Below, one piece after another: positions 30,832-40,941 of a stretch of DNA of 64,000 bases. This DNA is from an uncultured Candidatus Binatia bacterium. Lineage in GTDB: Bacteria; Desulfobacterota; Binatia; Bin18. Within the stretch, counting starts at the first letter, position 1. The number at the start of each line of letters is the position of its first letter. Below the pieces are notes generated by a model. That model saw nothing but the letters and a program-made list of their open reading frames with translations, ran no database searches and had not been told where the DNA came from. The stretch covers positions 2,432,001-2,496,000 of the forward strand of contig OZ243961.1 in NCBI GenBank assembly GCA_965214605.1. The letters run 5' to 3'. The translations under genes and the position numbers were made by a program.

Positions 30832-32223
30832 ATGCTGGACAATATTCTGCTGCTGACGGATTCGTATAAGATGACGCACTGGAAGATGTACCCGCCGAAG
30901 ACCGAGCATATCTATTCCTATCTGGAGGCTCGGCAGGGAGGCGAGTACGGAGAGGTAGTGCTCTTTGGGTTGCAATACTTACTGATGAAGTATTTGGGCG
31001 GTGTGGTGGTGACACAGGAGAAGATTGAGCGGACGGCGCGGTTTATGGCCGCTCACTTTGGCGCGCCGGAGGTGTTTAACCGGGAAGGTTGGGAGCGTGT
31101 CCTCCGTCACCACGGAGGCAGACTACCGGTCGAGATCCGGGCCGCTCCCGAAGGCCTCGTCGTGTCCGAAGGTAATGTCCTGCTCACCATCGAAAACACC
31201 TGCCGGCACTGTGCTTGGCTGGTGAATCATCTGGAAACGCTGCTGGTGGAGATGTGGTACCCATGTACGGTAGCGACCATATCGCGCGAGATGAAAAAAA
31301 TCATCAAGGCCGGCTTGGAGCGGTCGGGAACGCCGAGCGAAGATGCTCTGGCCTTTAAGCTGCACGATTTTGGTTTTCGGGGTTCGACCTCACCTGAATC
31401 CGCAGCCCTCGGAGGAGCGGCCCATTTGGTGAACTTTCAGGGCACGGATACCCTAGCGGCCTGCGAGCTGCTAATCGAGTATTACGAGGCTGAGATGCCG
31501 GGGACGAGTATTCCGGCGGCCGAACATTCGACGATTACCGTGTGGGGGGAAGACGGTGAGGGAGACGCATTTGCGTATATCCTCGACCAATATCCGACCG
31601 GCTTGGTTTCAGTCGTGTCCGACTCATGGGATGTGTATCGAGCGTGTCAGGAGTTATGGGGACGACGTCTTAAAGATCAGGTTCAACAGCGCCAGGGCTG
31701 CCTTGTCGTCCGGCCTGACTCTGGTCCGCCTGAAGTGGTCGTGCCAGACTGTCTAGACGTGCTAGGCAAGCAGTTTGGCTATAGCGTCAACTCCAAAGGC
31801 TACAGGGTCTTACCCGACACAGTGCGGTTGATTCAGGGCGATGGTATCAAGCGCCAGACCTTGGCTGGTCTCGTGCGTGCTATTCTGGAACGTGGCTGGT
31901 CGCTTGATTGTGTAACGTTTGGTTCGGGTGGTGGGCTACTCCAGGACTGTGATCGGGACACCCAAAATTTTGCTCTCAAGTGTGCCCACAGTACTGTGGC
32001 CGGCGAGGGGCGTGAGGTGTATAAACGTCCGGCCACAGACCCCAAGAAAGACAGTAAGCGTGGGCGGCTAATGTTAGTGTGGCGGGAAGAAGATCAGAGC
32101 TATAGGACGATTCCCCAGGGGACGCCTGGGGTGAGGGATGAGTTGATCCCCGTGTTCCGGGATGGGGAGGTGTTGCAGGTATGGACGCTGGAAGAGGTGC
32201 GGAGGCGGGCGGCTTTAGGATAA
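30832..32223 (+). CDS. nadV: Nicotinamide phosphoribosyltransferase (NAMPT)
   Basis: TDSYKMTH, LHDFGFRG, HLVNFQGTDT, SIPAAEHS, SVVSDSWD, RPDSG, QGDG, FGSGGGLLQ motifs. Confidence 0.93.
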   Translation: MLDNILLLTDSYKMTHWKMYPPKTEHIYSYLEARQGGEYGEVVLFGLQYLLMKYLGGVVVTQEKIERTARFMAAHFGAPEVFNREGWERVLRHHGGRLPVEIRAAPEGLVVSEGNVLLTIENTCRHCAWLVNHLETLLVEMWYPCTVATISREMKKIIKAGLERSGTPSEDALAFKLHDFGFRGSTSPESAALGGAAHLVNFQGTDTLAACELLIEYYEAEMPGTSIPAAEHSTITVWGEDGEGDAFAYILDQYPTGLVSVVSDSWDVYRACQELWGRRLKDQVQQRQGCLVVRPDSGPPEVVVPDCLDVLGKQFGYSVNSKGYRVLPDTVRLIQGDGIKRQTLAGLVRAILERGWSLDCVTFGSGGGLLQDCDRDTQNFALKCAHSTVAGEGREVYKRPATDPKKDSKRGRLMLVWREEDQSYRTIPQGTPGVRDELIPVFRDGEVLQVWTLEEVRRRAALG

Positions 32224-32239
32224 GACGCTCACTCTACGC

Positions 32240-33463
32240 CTACTGCTCATTCCACGATCGCCGTTCTTTTTTGAAAAAATCCTGATAGCGCAGCATGATC
32301 TCCGATTCGGCATCAAGCAGATGGGCAATCAGTGCTGCCCTGACCCACATGCCGTTTTCGGCTTGGGCGAAATACATGGCTCGGGTATCGCTGTCCACAT
32401 CGGGAGAGATTTCGTCATTGCGGGGGAAGGGGTGCAGAATCGCCGCGTACTCGCGCATCTGTTGCAGCCGCTCGCGGTTGAGGATGAAACGCTGTCGGTT
32501 GAGGCGGCTCAGAAATACTGAGATCTCCTCGTCGTCGTGTTCGTGTTGGACGCGAGTCATATAGACTAGGTCGGCCTCTCCGATACAGTCGGCCAGATTT
32601 GACCGCTCGTGCACGGTGACCCCAGATTCAACAAGATCGGACTGTAGGTCGGTCGTGACCCTCAGCCGGGGGTGCTCGGGACCGACGAAGTACATGGCCA
32701 CGTCTTCGTGTTGGGCGAGCAGCTCGGCCAATGAGCGAATAGTTCGACTTCGGCCAACGTCCCCGCAGAACAGATAGGTTTTGGCATCCAGACCGGACCG
32801 CAGGTTTGGCCAGCGAGTGCGGAGGTCGGATAGACGTCGGCCAAGGTTGCGATCGTCACTTTCCTGATCGCCCTCTCGATCTCTAAATTTGAAGACTTCC
32901 TGGATCGTATAATAATCGAGCAAAGCTTGGGTCGGATGCTCATCCGCGCCGGACCCGCCGTTCACAATCGGCACCGACTTTTCCATGTCGTTCATCTTAT
33001 AGGCAAAACACTCAGCCAACTTGGGCATGGTATCGCGCAGGATAACGATGTCGAAATATGTGCTGAACATCATGATCGAATCGAGATCGGATTCGCCTTT
33101 ATACGCCGAAGAAACGGCTGAGTTACGGATCTCGGCGTAGTCCATACCCAGGTGTTGACAGGCCCGTACAAACGACAAAAAGGTCCGGGTTGAGGCTTGG
33201 GTAAAGTGCAGCATGGCCGACTTGTCACACAGAGTGTCCCGCAACAGTCGGCTGCCCCGTCGGTTGCGCGCGAGTTGCCGAATCATGGTTGCCAGACCGG
33301 TCAGGCGCTCCAGCAGCTCGCGGTCGAACTGTGCCGAAAAGATCACGTGTTTGAGCCGATTGTTGCGCTGAAATTCCTGAACCTTCATCATCACTGGACG
33401 GTTTAGCCGTGGCTCAAACTCGCGCAGGTGCTGCAAACGGGTAGATATATCTGTATAGTCCAC
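32240..33463 (-). CDS. pyrB: Aspartate carbamoyltransferase catalytic chain, atypical (N-terminal extension, internal insert)
   Basis: STRT, KGES, HPTQALLD, SRT, TRVQ, HPFPR, AQAENG catalytic residues all present. Confidence 0.85.
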   Translation of the reverse strand: MDYTDISTRLQHLREFEPRLNRPVMMKVQEFQRNNRLKHVIFSAQFDRELLERLTGLATMIRQLARNRRGSRLLRDTLCDKSAMLHFTQASTRTFLSFVRACQHLGMDYAEIRNSAVSSAYKGESDLDSIMMFSTYFDIVILRDTMPKLAECFAYKMNDMEKSVPIVNGGSGADEHPTQALLDYYTIQEVFKFRDREGDQESDDRNLGRRLSDLRTRWPNLRSGLDAKTYLFCGDVGRSRTIRSLAELLAQHEDVAMYFVGPEHPRLRVTTDLQSDLVESGVTVHERSNLADCIGEADLVYMTRVQHEHDDEEISVFLSRLNRQRFILNRERLQQMREYAAILHPFPRNDEISPDVDSDTRAMYFAQAENGMWVRAALIAHLLDAESEIMLRYQDFFKKERRSWNEQ

Positions 33464-33619
33464 CGATCCCTCCTAGCGGGCGTAGCACCAATACATGGTA
33501 ACGCTACGCCCGGCAGGCAGCAAGGGTCTGTCTTCGTTCGGGACCGCTGAAACGGTGACGGGTCTTGCGGCGTGAATCCTGAGGGACAGTGGTGAACCAC
33601 TCCTGTACGGACGCCTGAC

Positions 33620-34561
33620 CTAGGCGGTGAAACTCAGCTTCAAGCCGGGCCGCGGCCAGTCAAAGGCGACAAGTTTACCGACTCCCGACAGCGTGACATA
33701 TGCGGTCTTGAGATCAGAGCCGCCAAAGCACACGTTGGTCGTGAAGGGATCGGATAGCGGTACATGGTCCACACCTGAGCCGTCCGGTGCAAAGGCGGAA
33801 ATGCCGGCACCGCTCATCAGGGTTGCGACACATACGTAGCCGGCACTGTCAACGGCCAAAGAATCGAGCAGCTGATAACCCGGTAGACTATTCAGCAGCG
33901 TAGCCCCGCCCGGACCGTCTAGGATGGGACCGCCTTTACCCTGTGTCCGAGCGACTTCGCCCGGAGCCGTGATATCCCACTGCCACACCCGACTTTCAAA
34001 AGTCTGGGCAATATACAGTTTTTTGTCACCCGGGGCTAAGCCGATGCCGTTTGGACCATCGACCGGTTGGGCGATTTCTGTGATCATCGAGCCGTCGGGC
34101 TTGGCATAATACACCCCGCCCCGGTCTCGGTCGTGATCCCTGACTTTACCAAAGTCGCTAAACCAAAACCCTCCGGTGGCGTCGAACACGATGTCATTCG
34201 GACCTTTAAGTTTGTAACCGTTGCACTCAGTATACAAGATCTCGACTTTGCCAGTGTTGATATCCACCCGCTGAATACAGCCACCGTTGTAGTCGGCGGG
34301 TATACCGTGCGGAACGGTCAGGCCGTTCACCTCAACCCACTCAAAGCCGCCGTTGTTACATACATAGATTGCGCCATCTGGACCGACCGCCGCGCCGTTT
34401 GGGCCACCGCCGGTTTCGGCCACGACTTCTTTGCTACCGTTGGGTTGGATCCGGGTGAGGGTGCCACGCTTTATCTCAACCACGATTACGCTGCCGTCGT
34501 CCATGGCGATTGGGCCTTCGGGAAACTGTAAGCCTGAGGTAATTTCTCGAACGTCTGCCAT
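33620..34561 (-). CDS. SMP-30/gluconolactonase family protein
   Basis: FPEGP, GPNG, PNDIVFD, PNGIGL, DSLAVD, TNVCFGG motifs. Confidence 0.9.
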   Translation of the reverse strand: MADVREITSGLQFPEGPIAMDDGSVIVVEIKRGTLTRIQPNGSKEVVAETGGGPNGAAVGPDGAIYVCNNGGFEWVEVNGLTVPHGIPADYNGGCIQRVDINTGKVEILYTECNGYKLKGPNDIVFDATGGFWFSDFGKVRDHDRDRGGVYYAKPDGSMITEIAQPVDGPNGIGLAPGDKKLYIAQTFESRVWQWDITAPGEVARTQGKGGPILDGPGGATLLNSLPGYQLLDSLAVDSAGYVCVATLMSGAGISAFAPDGSGVDHVPLSDPFTTNVCFGGSDLKTAYVTLSGVGKLVAFDWPRPGLKLSFTA

Positions 34562-34632
34562 AGTGCGTCCTCCTTGATTTCTTGTAGCACACCGCTACCG
34601 CTGAAGTCAGCAGGTGCCGCTCCTCTGTTGTC

Positions 34633-36012
34633 TTGTGTTTGTATACGATAGGCTTGGCCGCTACGGATGCCTCACCTATGTTGAGTTATGGCTTGTCTTT
34701 TCTTGGCAAACGAACCGAGGGGATTTTTTACGGCTGGTGGCTGGTCGGTCTGAGCGGCTTCATCATGCTGCTGGCCAACGTGCCGCTGTTTCACGCCATG
34801 GGTGTGTGGGCGGTGGCTCTGGAGCGTGAGTTTGGCTGGACGCGTACTCAGCTCGGGCTGGCGCTGACCTTTACCCGGATTGAGGGTGGGCTGATGGGGC
34901 CGGTGGAAGGCTACTTAGCCGACCGACTGGGTACGAGGCGGATGATTCTGATTGGGCTGCTGATCTTATCCGGCGGCTTTCTGCTGTTTAGCCAGGTCCA
35001 GCATTTGTGGATGTTTTATCTTGCGTATGTAGTCATGGCGGTTGGCCAGGGTTTTGGCGGCTGGCTACCGCTGATGACGATGCTGAACCATTGGTTCGCG
35101 CGGCAACGGGCGACCGCAGTGGGTTGGTCCAATGTCGTCAGTCGGCTAGGTGCCCTAGTCTTAGTGCCCGTCATTGCTTGGGCGATTAATCCGGACGATC
35201 CTCAGCTGGGCTGGCGAACAACCGCCATGATGCTGGGACTGTTTACCCTGATTGTTGCTCTTCCGCTCTCACGGCTGCTGCGCGACCGTCCCCAGGAGTA
35301 TGGTTTACTACCGGACGGTGAGCCACCGCCGACACAGCCGCTCCTCACAACACCTCAGACCGGGGAGCCGTCTGTCCAGGCCATGGCTAGACAGACGGAC
35401 CATACCATTGCGCAAGCCGTGCGGACCCCAGCCTTTTGGTTCATCGCCTTTGGTCATGGTTTTACCTCGATGGTGATTATTGCCATCATGGCTCACCTGG
35501 GGCTGCTGATTGTTGATGCGGGTTTTGATGTGCCAACCGCGGCCTGGGTCATGGCTATCTACACCTCTGTGGCTATGGTGGCCCAGATTGTGGGAGGCTA
35601 CGTCGGCGACCGGATTCCCAAGCGGATTGCCTTAGGCATTTTTTCTACCGTGCAGGCGGTCGGGGTTCTAGTGCTCACCTATGCCACCACGTTTCCACTG
35701 CTTGTTCTGTTCGCCTTCCTGTTTGGCATGGGATTTGGCGGGCGGAATCCGCTGACAATAGCAATTCGTGGCGATTATTTTGGCCAGGCCGCATTTGGGA
35801 AAATTCTTGGCCTATCCACCGTCCCAATGAATCTTCTGATGTTGATTGCTGCGCCTTTTGCCGGCTGGATACGCGACACCCAAGGGAGCTATGAAGTGGC
35901 ATTTTTGAGTTTGGCAGGGTGCAGTTTTCTGGGTGGGGTGTGTTTTTTGTTGGCTAGGAAGCCGGAGTTACGACCTCTTGAGACGGACGAGGGAGCCACA
36001 CCGCGCTCTTAA
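34633..36012 (+). CDS. MFS transporter (OFA-like); start may be 34678
   Basis: FYGWWLV, GYLADRLGTR, about 12 TM helices. Confidence 0.88.
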   Translation: MCLYTIGLAATDASPMLSYGLSFLGKRTEGIFYGWWLVGLSGFIMLLANVPLFHAMGVWAVALEREFGWTRTQLGLALTFTRIEGGLMGPVEGYLADRLGTRRMILIGLLILSGGFLLFSQVQHLWMFYLAYVVMAVGQGFGGWLPLMTMLNHWFARQRATAVGWSNVVSRLGALVLVPVIAWAINPDDPQLGWRTTAMMLGLFTLIVALPLSRLLRDRPQEYGLLPDGEPPPTQPLLTTPQTGEPSVQAMARQTDHTIAQAVRTPAFWFIAFGHGFTSMVIIAIMAHLGLLIVDAGFDVPTAAWVMAIYTSVAMVAQIVGGYVGDRIPKRIALGIFSTVQAVGVLVLTYATTFPLLVLFAFLFGMGFGGRNPLTIAIRGDYFGQAAFGKILGLSTVPMNLLMLIAAPFAGWIRDTQGSYEVAFLSLAGCSFLGGVCFLLARKPELRPLETDEGATPRS

Positions 36013-36070
36013 ACGTGCCCGTTCTTGCTCCCAGCTAGATTTCTCGGTCGTTTTTGCCCACAATCGCTCT

Positions 36071-36494
36071 ATGCGCTCTTTAAGCCTCCATATGAGCAGC
36101 TTCCGCTGCACAATCACGACCAAGGGTTGCTCAGAGGCTTACGAACAGCACGTCGCTCCCGTCACCCAAGTTGAAGGGGCTCTTCTGATTCTAGCCAGTG
36201 TTGAGTTCGGAGATGAACGTAATCCACAGCTGGTGGCCGAGTGAGTCAGCGCCGAGATTACTAGTCTGTCCGCCCAAACTGAAAGCGACGACCGTTGTCC
36301 TTCACCCCTTTGCCCTCCTTAACTTGCTGAGCTAGCTGCTCCACAGCTGGTCATTGATATCATGAGCTCGGACCTAGCAGACCCTGAATCGAGCCATTCT
36401 TACTGCTATCCGTGCCCCGTTCAGCTGGTTTCACGTTGATGCTAAAGGCCACCCCCCGTCGCGGGTTGCATGGATGGTGGCGGTGGGCGCATAA
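36071..36494 (+). pseudogene. Free-standing archaeal-type threonyl-tRNA synthetase editing domain (tRNA-Thr_ED) pseudogene
   Basis: MRSLSLH..ALLILASVE.GDE..*..LKATTVVLHPFA.L..IRAPFSWF..AKGHPPSRV; in-frame TGA and frameshifts. Confidence 0.75.
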
Positions 36495-36627
36495 GCGCCT
36501 GCGACTCCTCTTCGGCCTGTCCTCTATCTTTTCGCGGGTCCATCTGCTATGTAGGCGAAGGAAGTGCCTAATACAGGACCACGAAATACTGCTGTTACCC
36601 GAACACGAGGAGCCTCTTAATTCCGCT

Positions 36628-36990
36628 ACGTCAAGATATCGCTCCAACCAAAGAACATCCGCCGACGCTTCGGCTATTCTCCGGGTGTCAGAGTCGATCA
36701 GATGCTGTATCTTGCTGGGCAGGTAGGTCAAGATACTGAACTTGATGTTATTGAAGACAGGAAGACACAGTTTATCCAAGTTCTTGAAAATGTCAAAACA
36801 GTCCTGACCGTCGCCGTCCAGCTTTGACCAGGTCGTTGAAATGGTCACCTACCACACGCTCTTCATGGAGGTGAAGAATCGCTATTTTCGCAACCTGGAT
36901 AGACTACCGACCTGGACTGCGATTAGCACCCCGGCTTTGGCTATGCCCGGGCTGCTTGTTGAGATCAAATGTACAGCCCGTCTTGAATAG
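36628..36990 (+). pseudogene. RidA/YjgH family pseudogene
   Basis: FGYSPGVRV..LYLAGQVG..ENVKTVL / SFDQVVEMVTYHT..PTWTAI..LAMPGLLVEIKCTA; frameshifts, start apparently ACG. Confidence 0.8.
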
Positions 36991-37045
36991 GAAGGCACGT
37001 TCCGCGTGTTAGCCCACAGTATCGCCAAAGGGGGAAACCGCACCT

Positions 37046-38317
37046 ATGCAGCAAATGGAACAAGACCGGGCGGGAAGATTCTTCTACGGTTGGGTGATTG
37101 TTTTTGCCGGCCTAGTGTTGAGCCTGATTATGTACGGGGTGATTGAAGCCTTCGGCGTCGTGTTTAAGCCGATTGCCGCCGAGTTTCAGTGGGACCGGGG
37201 GACGGTCTCAGTCGCCTCAATGATCAATTGGCTGAGCTTTGGCCTGTCTGGTCTGCTATGTGGCGTGCTGAGTGACCGCTTTGGCTCACGCTTGGTGATG
37301 ATTTGCGGTGGGCTTGTTTTCATTGTCGGGACCTTTCTGATGAGTCAGATTGAGTCCTTGTGGCAGTTGTATTTCTTTTTTGGCGTGCTCATCGCGGCCG
37401 GTCGCTCGGCCGCCGGCGTTCCGCTCACGGCGCTGGTTACAAAGTGGTTCGTGCGTAATCAGGGCCTGGCCTTGTCGATTGCCCAGTCTAACAACGTGGG
37501 ATCCGCGGTGTTTGCCCCGCTGTCAGTTTTCCTGTTGACCGTCTATGGCTGGCGGGGAGCCTATGTCGGTCTGGGCCTGATCGCTCTACTTATCATTCCG
37601 CTGGTCCTACTTATGCGTGATCATCAGGTTAGTCAGGGGCCTGAGCCAGGTCAACTGGACAGGGCTCGCCAGGTGTCGTCGGCCCCTACCCGGCTGCCGG
37701 GCCTGAGCCTAGGCGAAGCGATGCGAACGCGCGCCTTTTGGACGCTGAATTTCATGGTCATCGGTTGCTGCATATGTCACTCGTGCATTCTGCTGCACGG
37801 CGTGAGTCATATGACGGATACCGGACTAGCCGCCTCAGCTGCCGCTCGTGTGGTTGCGACTATGGCCATCTTTGGCATGATTGGCAAGATTGCCAATGGT
37901 CTGCTGGCCGACCGGATTGGTGCCAAGTGGGCGATGGCCGGATTTTTAGGGCTCCAGGCGATCATGATTCCGCTGTTTATTGAGGCCCAGAGCCCCCCGA
38001 CTTTTTATACCTGGGCTGTGCTGTTCGGTCTGGGCTATGGCGGACCGATGCCGGTCTATGCAATGTTGTTTCGCGAGTATTTTGGCCTCCGCGCAATCGG
38101 CACAATCTTGGGAGTCTTTTTCATGATGGCCTCGGTTGGTATGGGTTCTGGAGGTCTGATAGGCGGGATGATGTACACCTCGTTTGGCAGTTATGTGGCT
38201 CCGTTCCTGACCAGTACGACGACCGGCATAATTGCCGCGATTTTAGCTCTCACCCTACCGTCGTCCAAACGCGAAGCGCCCGTTGCGGCATCTGGGTTGG
38301 CCCTGCAGACTGGTTAG
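37046..38317 (+). CDS. MFS transporter
   Basis: FFYGWVIV, GVLSDRFGSR, GLLADRIG, 12 TM helices. Confidence 0.9.
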   Translation: MQQMEQDRAGRFFYGWVIVFAGLVLSLIMYGVIEAFGVVFKPIAAEFQWDRGTVSVASMINWLSFGLSGLLCGVLSDRFGSRLVMICGGLVFIVGTFLMSQIESLWQLYFFFGVLIAAGRSAAGVPLTALVTKWFVRNQGLALSIAQSNNVGSAVFAPLSVFLLTVYGWRGAYVGLGLIALLIIPLVLLMRDHQVSQGPEPGQLDRARQVSSAPTRLPGLSLGEAMRTRAFWTLNFMVIGCCICHSCILLHGVSHMTDTGLAASAAARVVATMAIFGMIGKIANGLLADRIGAKWAMAGFLGLQAIMIPLFIEAQSPPTFYTWAVLFGLGYGGPMPVYAMLFREYFGLRAIGTILGVFFMMASVGMGSGGLIGGMMYTSFGSYVAPFLTSTTTGIIAAILALTLPSSKREAPVAASGLALQTG

Positions 38318-38337
38318 CAAACGAGGAGATTATAGGC

Positions 38338-39453
38338 ATGCCAACCATTGATGGAGATAGCCATTTCGTCGAACCTTTGAATCTGTTCGAGGAGTATATT
38401 GATCCGGCCTTCCGTGGTCGCGAGATGCGTGTTGAGAAAGATGCCAAAGGCCAGCTGCATATACTGACCGATGGCAGGCCCCTGCAGCTGGTCGACGTTG
38501 ATACACTGCTGGCTGCTGTTGTCGGCTATGGACAAAAGGAAGCCGGTCGGGATCTCGACACCTTTGATCGGTATTTGGTAACTAACAGTCAATGGCAGGA
38601 TATGGACGCCCGTGTCCGATTTCTGGATACTGAAGGCATTGATTACCAGGTCGTCTATCCCACCCTAGGCCTGTTGTGGGAGGGAGGAGTTGAAGACTCT
38701 GCTTTGGCCGACGCTCTGTGTCGAGCCTACAACACCTGGGCGTTCGAGCTGTGTGCTCCGTACAAAGCTCGCCTCTTTCCGGCTGCCCATATCTCTTTGC
38801 GAGCCCCCCAGCTAGCCGTTGCTGAGCTTGAACGGGTAGCCAAGCTTGGGGCTAGGACGATCTTTGTGGCTGCTGCGCCGGTGGGTGGACGCAGCTTTGG
38901 ACATCCGGACTTTGATCCAATCTGGGCGGCCGTCCAAGATCTTGATCTGAGTGTTGGCATTCATCTGGTTGGTCATTCGCACTATACCGGCAGCGAGTGG
39001 TATCAGAACCAGGACCCCGGCTTTATGTTTGTGACGATGAATGTCATCCAGGACCCACGTATGGCGCTGACGACTATGGTCTATGATGGGGTGCTTGAGC
39101 GATTTCCAAAGCTGCGTGTGGCAACCATTGAGGCCATGGTTGGCTGGGTTGGAGAATGGTTGGAGCGACTTAACTATCGCTTCACGTATATGGGCCACAC
39201 GTCCAAGATGAAGCGCCCGGCAACCGAATATTTTGCGCGCAACATCTGGATTAACGGGGATCCAGAAGAAAAGATGTTTCCTTTGATGGTTCGCTTTGCA
39301 GGCGATAGCCGTTTCTTTGTGGGGTCGGACTATCCCCATGCGGAAGGGTTTACCCGGCCAATGGACAAGGCCCGCGCTCTCCTCTCGAGCCTGCCTGAAT
39401 CGACGGTTGATAATATCCTGGGCCATAACGCTCAGCAGTTTTTCGGCCTGTAA
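38338..39453 (+). CDS. Amidohydrolase_2 family protein
   Basis: IDGDSH, YPTLG, GSDYPH motifs. Confidence 0.9.
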   Translation: MPTIDGDSHFVEPLNLFEEYIDPAFRGREMRVEKDAKGQLHILTDGRPLQLVDVDTLLAAVVGYGQKEAGRDLDTFDRYLVTNSQWQDMDARVRFLDTEGIDYQVVYPTLGLLWEGGVEDSALADALCRAYNTWAFELCAPYKARLFPAAHISLRAPQLAVAELERVAKLGARTIFVAAAPVGGRSFGHPDFDPIWAAVQDLDLSVGIHLVGHSHYTGSEWYQNQDPGFMFVTMNVIQDPRMALTTMVYDGVLERFPKLRVATIEAMVGWVGEWLERLNYRFTYMGHTSKMKRPATEYFARNIWINGDPEEKMFPLMVRFAGDSRFFVGSDYPHAEGFTRPMDKARALLSSLPESTVDNILGHNAQQFFGL

Positions 39454-39469
39454 AGATTAGGAAAACCTC

Positions 39470-39950
39470 AGCTCCTGGCCTGAGCCTTCTCCCTCGCAGT
39501 TTGAAGCGCCAGCCGGTCAGCAGGACGTTGGCTTCGGTTAAGAACCAGCTCAGGTTGCGCTTGTATCCGATTTGATCACGTTCAGCCTGTAAGCGTTCAA
39601 GCTTACTCTTGATCTGGACGTTAGCCTGGGCGTTGGCAGCTGCGCTCAACTCGGTGTTATCTTGGCGTAGCCGGACCATTTCCTCCGCCTATCGTCCGAT
39701 ATCGGCTTCCAATTGGTTTACACGGAACACTGATAGAGCCTTTTCGGTTACGTCTCCTTCAGGAATTACGACCAGATAATGGTCGCCTTCGCGACGGACG
39801 AACTGTGCAACATCACTGCACTGGTTTTGAGCATGGTCAAACAGTGTGGTCAGGAGGACCGGGACTAATCCGAACCTCCGGCCTCTCGATAGTTACTGCC
39901 GTAGAGATCTTGGCCAGATAACACACGGCAGGGGAGCGAAAAGCAGCGGC
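39470..39950 (-). pseudogene. SH3 domain coiled-coil membrane protein (YgiM/TIGR04211-like) remnant
   Basis: VRISPGP..REGDHYLVV, coiled coil, then LSWFLTEANVLLTGW C-terminal anchor; internal stop. Confidence 0.5.
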
Positions 39951-40060
39951 TGAGACACAGGGGAGTGCCGTGTTCCAGGATGTTGACGGACCGGAAGAGA
40001 GGGAGGCCGCATATTATTTAGAGAGAACAACTCAGATGGATGGTGAAGGCAATTCCGAAT

Positions 40061-40894
40061 CTATGCTTCGGACCACTCAGATGAGGTGGAAAGGACGTGC
40101 TGGAGTACCTCAATGAGTGCCTGATGAATTTTTCCGTTGGAAGCTAAGAGTTGCTCTCCAGAGAGCTCGAATGTTCTACCACCAAAGTCGCTCATCTGTC
40201 CACCGGCTTCTTCAACAATCAGAGCGCCGGCCGCGCTATCCCAGGGGTATAAACGCCACTCCCAAAAACCGTCGGCACGACCGCAGGCCGTATAACACAG
40301 ATCAAGAGCGGCCGAGCCGCTGCGTCGTATGCCTTGAGTACGCAGCATAAAGGCCCGGTAGAAGCTGAGATAAAAGTGACTACGCTGACGGCGATCATAC
40401 GGGAAGCCGGTCAGCAGCATGCTGAGGTCGAGGGATGGGGTGGAGGAGACCTGTATGGGACGATCGTTGAGGCTTGCCCCTTTGCCCCGGCGGGCGCAGA
40501 AGATCTCGTCCCGAATCGGGTCATAGACTACCCCGACGATGGGTTGTGACTCGTAGGTCAGTCCGACAGAAACGGCAAAGTGTGGAAAAGTATGAGTAAA
40601 GTTTGTGGTGCCATCTAACGGATCGATATACCACCGATACGGGCTGTCTGGGCCTGACAGGGCCGATTCTTCGGCCAGGACTTGGTGGTCTGGAAGACGG
40701 GTGTGGAGCGCCTCAGTAATCAGCGCATCAGCCGCTCTGTCAACATTGGTGACCAGGTCGACCATATCCGTTTTGATTTCAACCGTCTTTGCCGTAAGCC
40801 AATTGTTTTTGAGCAGGGAGCCCGCCTGGCGCGCGACTTCTTGAGCAATGTCGAGGTAGTGGTCAAGATCTTTATGCCAGGAATTGGTATGCAT
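40061..40894 (-). CDS. suhB: Inositol monophosphatase
   Basis: DLVT, WYIDPLDGTTNF, GSAALDLC, PWDSAAG motifs. Confidence 0.92.
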   Translation of the reverse strand: MHTNSWHKDLDHYLDIAQEVARQAGSLLKNNWLTAKTVEIKTDMVDLVTNVDRAADALITEALHTRLPDHQVLAEESALSGPDSPYRWYIDPLDGTTNFTHTFPHFAVSVGLTYESQPIVGVVYDPIRDEIFCARRGKGASLNDRPIQVSSTPSLDLSMLLTGFPYDRRQRSHFYLSFYRAFMLRTQGIRRSGSAALDLCYTACGRADGFWEWRLYPWDSAAGALIVEEAGGQMSDFGGRTFELSGEQLLASNGKIHQALIEVLQHVLSTSSEWSEA

Positions 40895-40941
40895 ACCGTC
40901 CCTTGTTGCACACGTGGCCAGAGCCTGCAACAACAGGGTTT

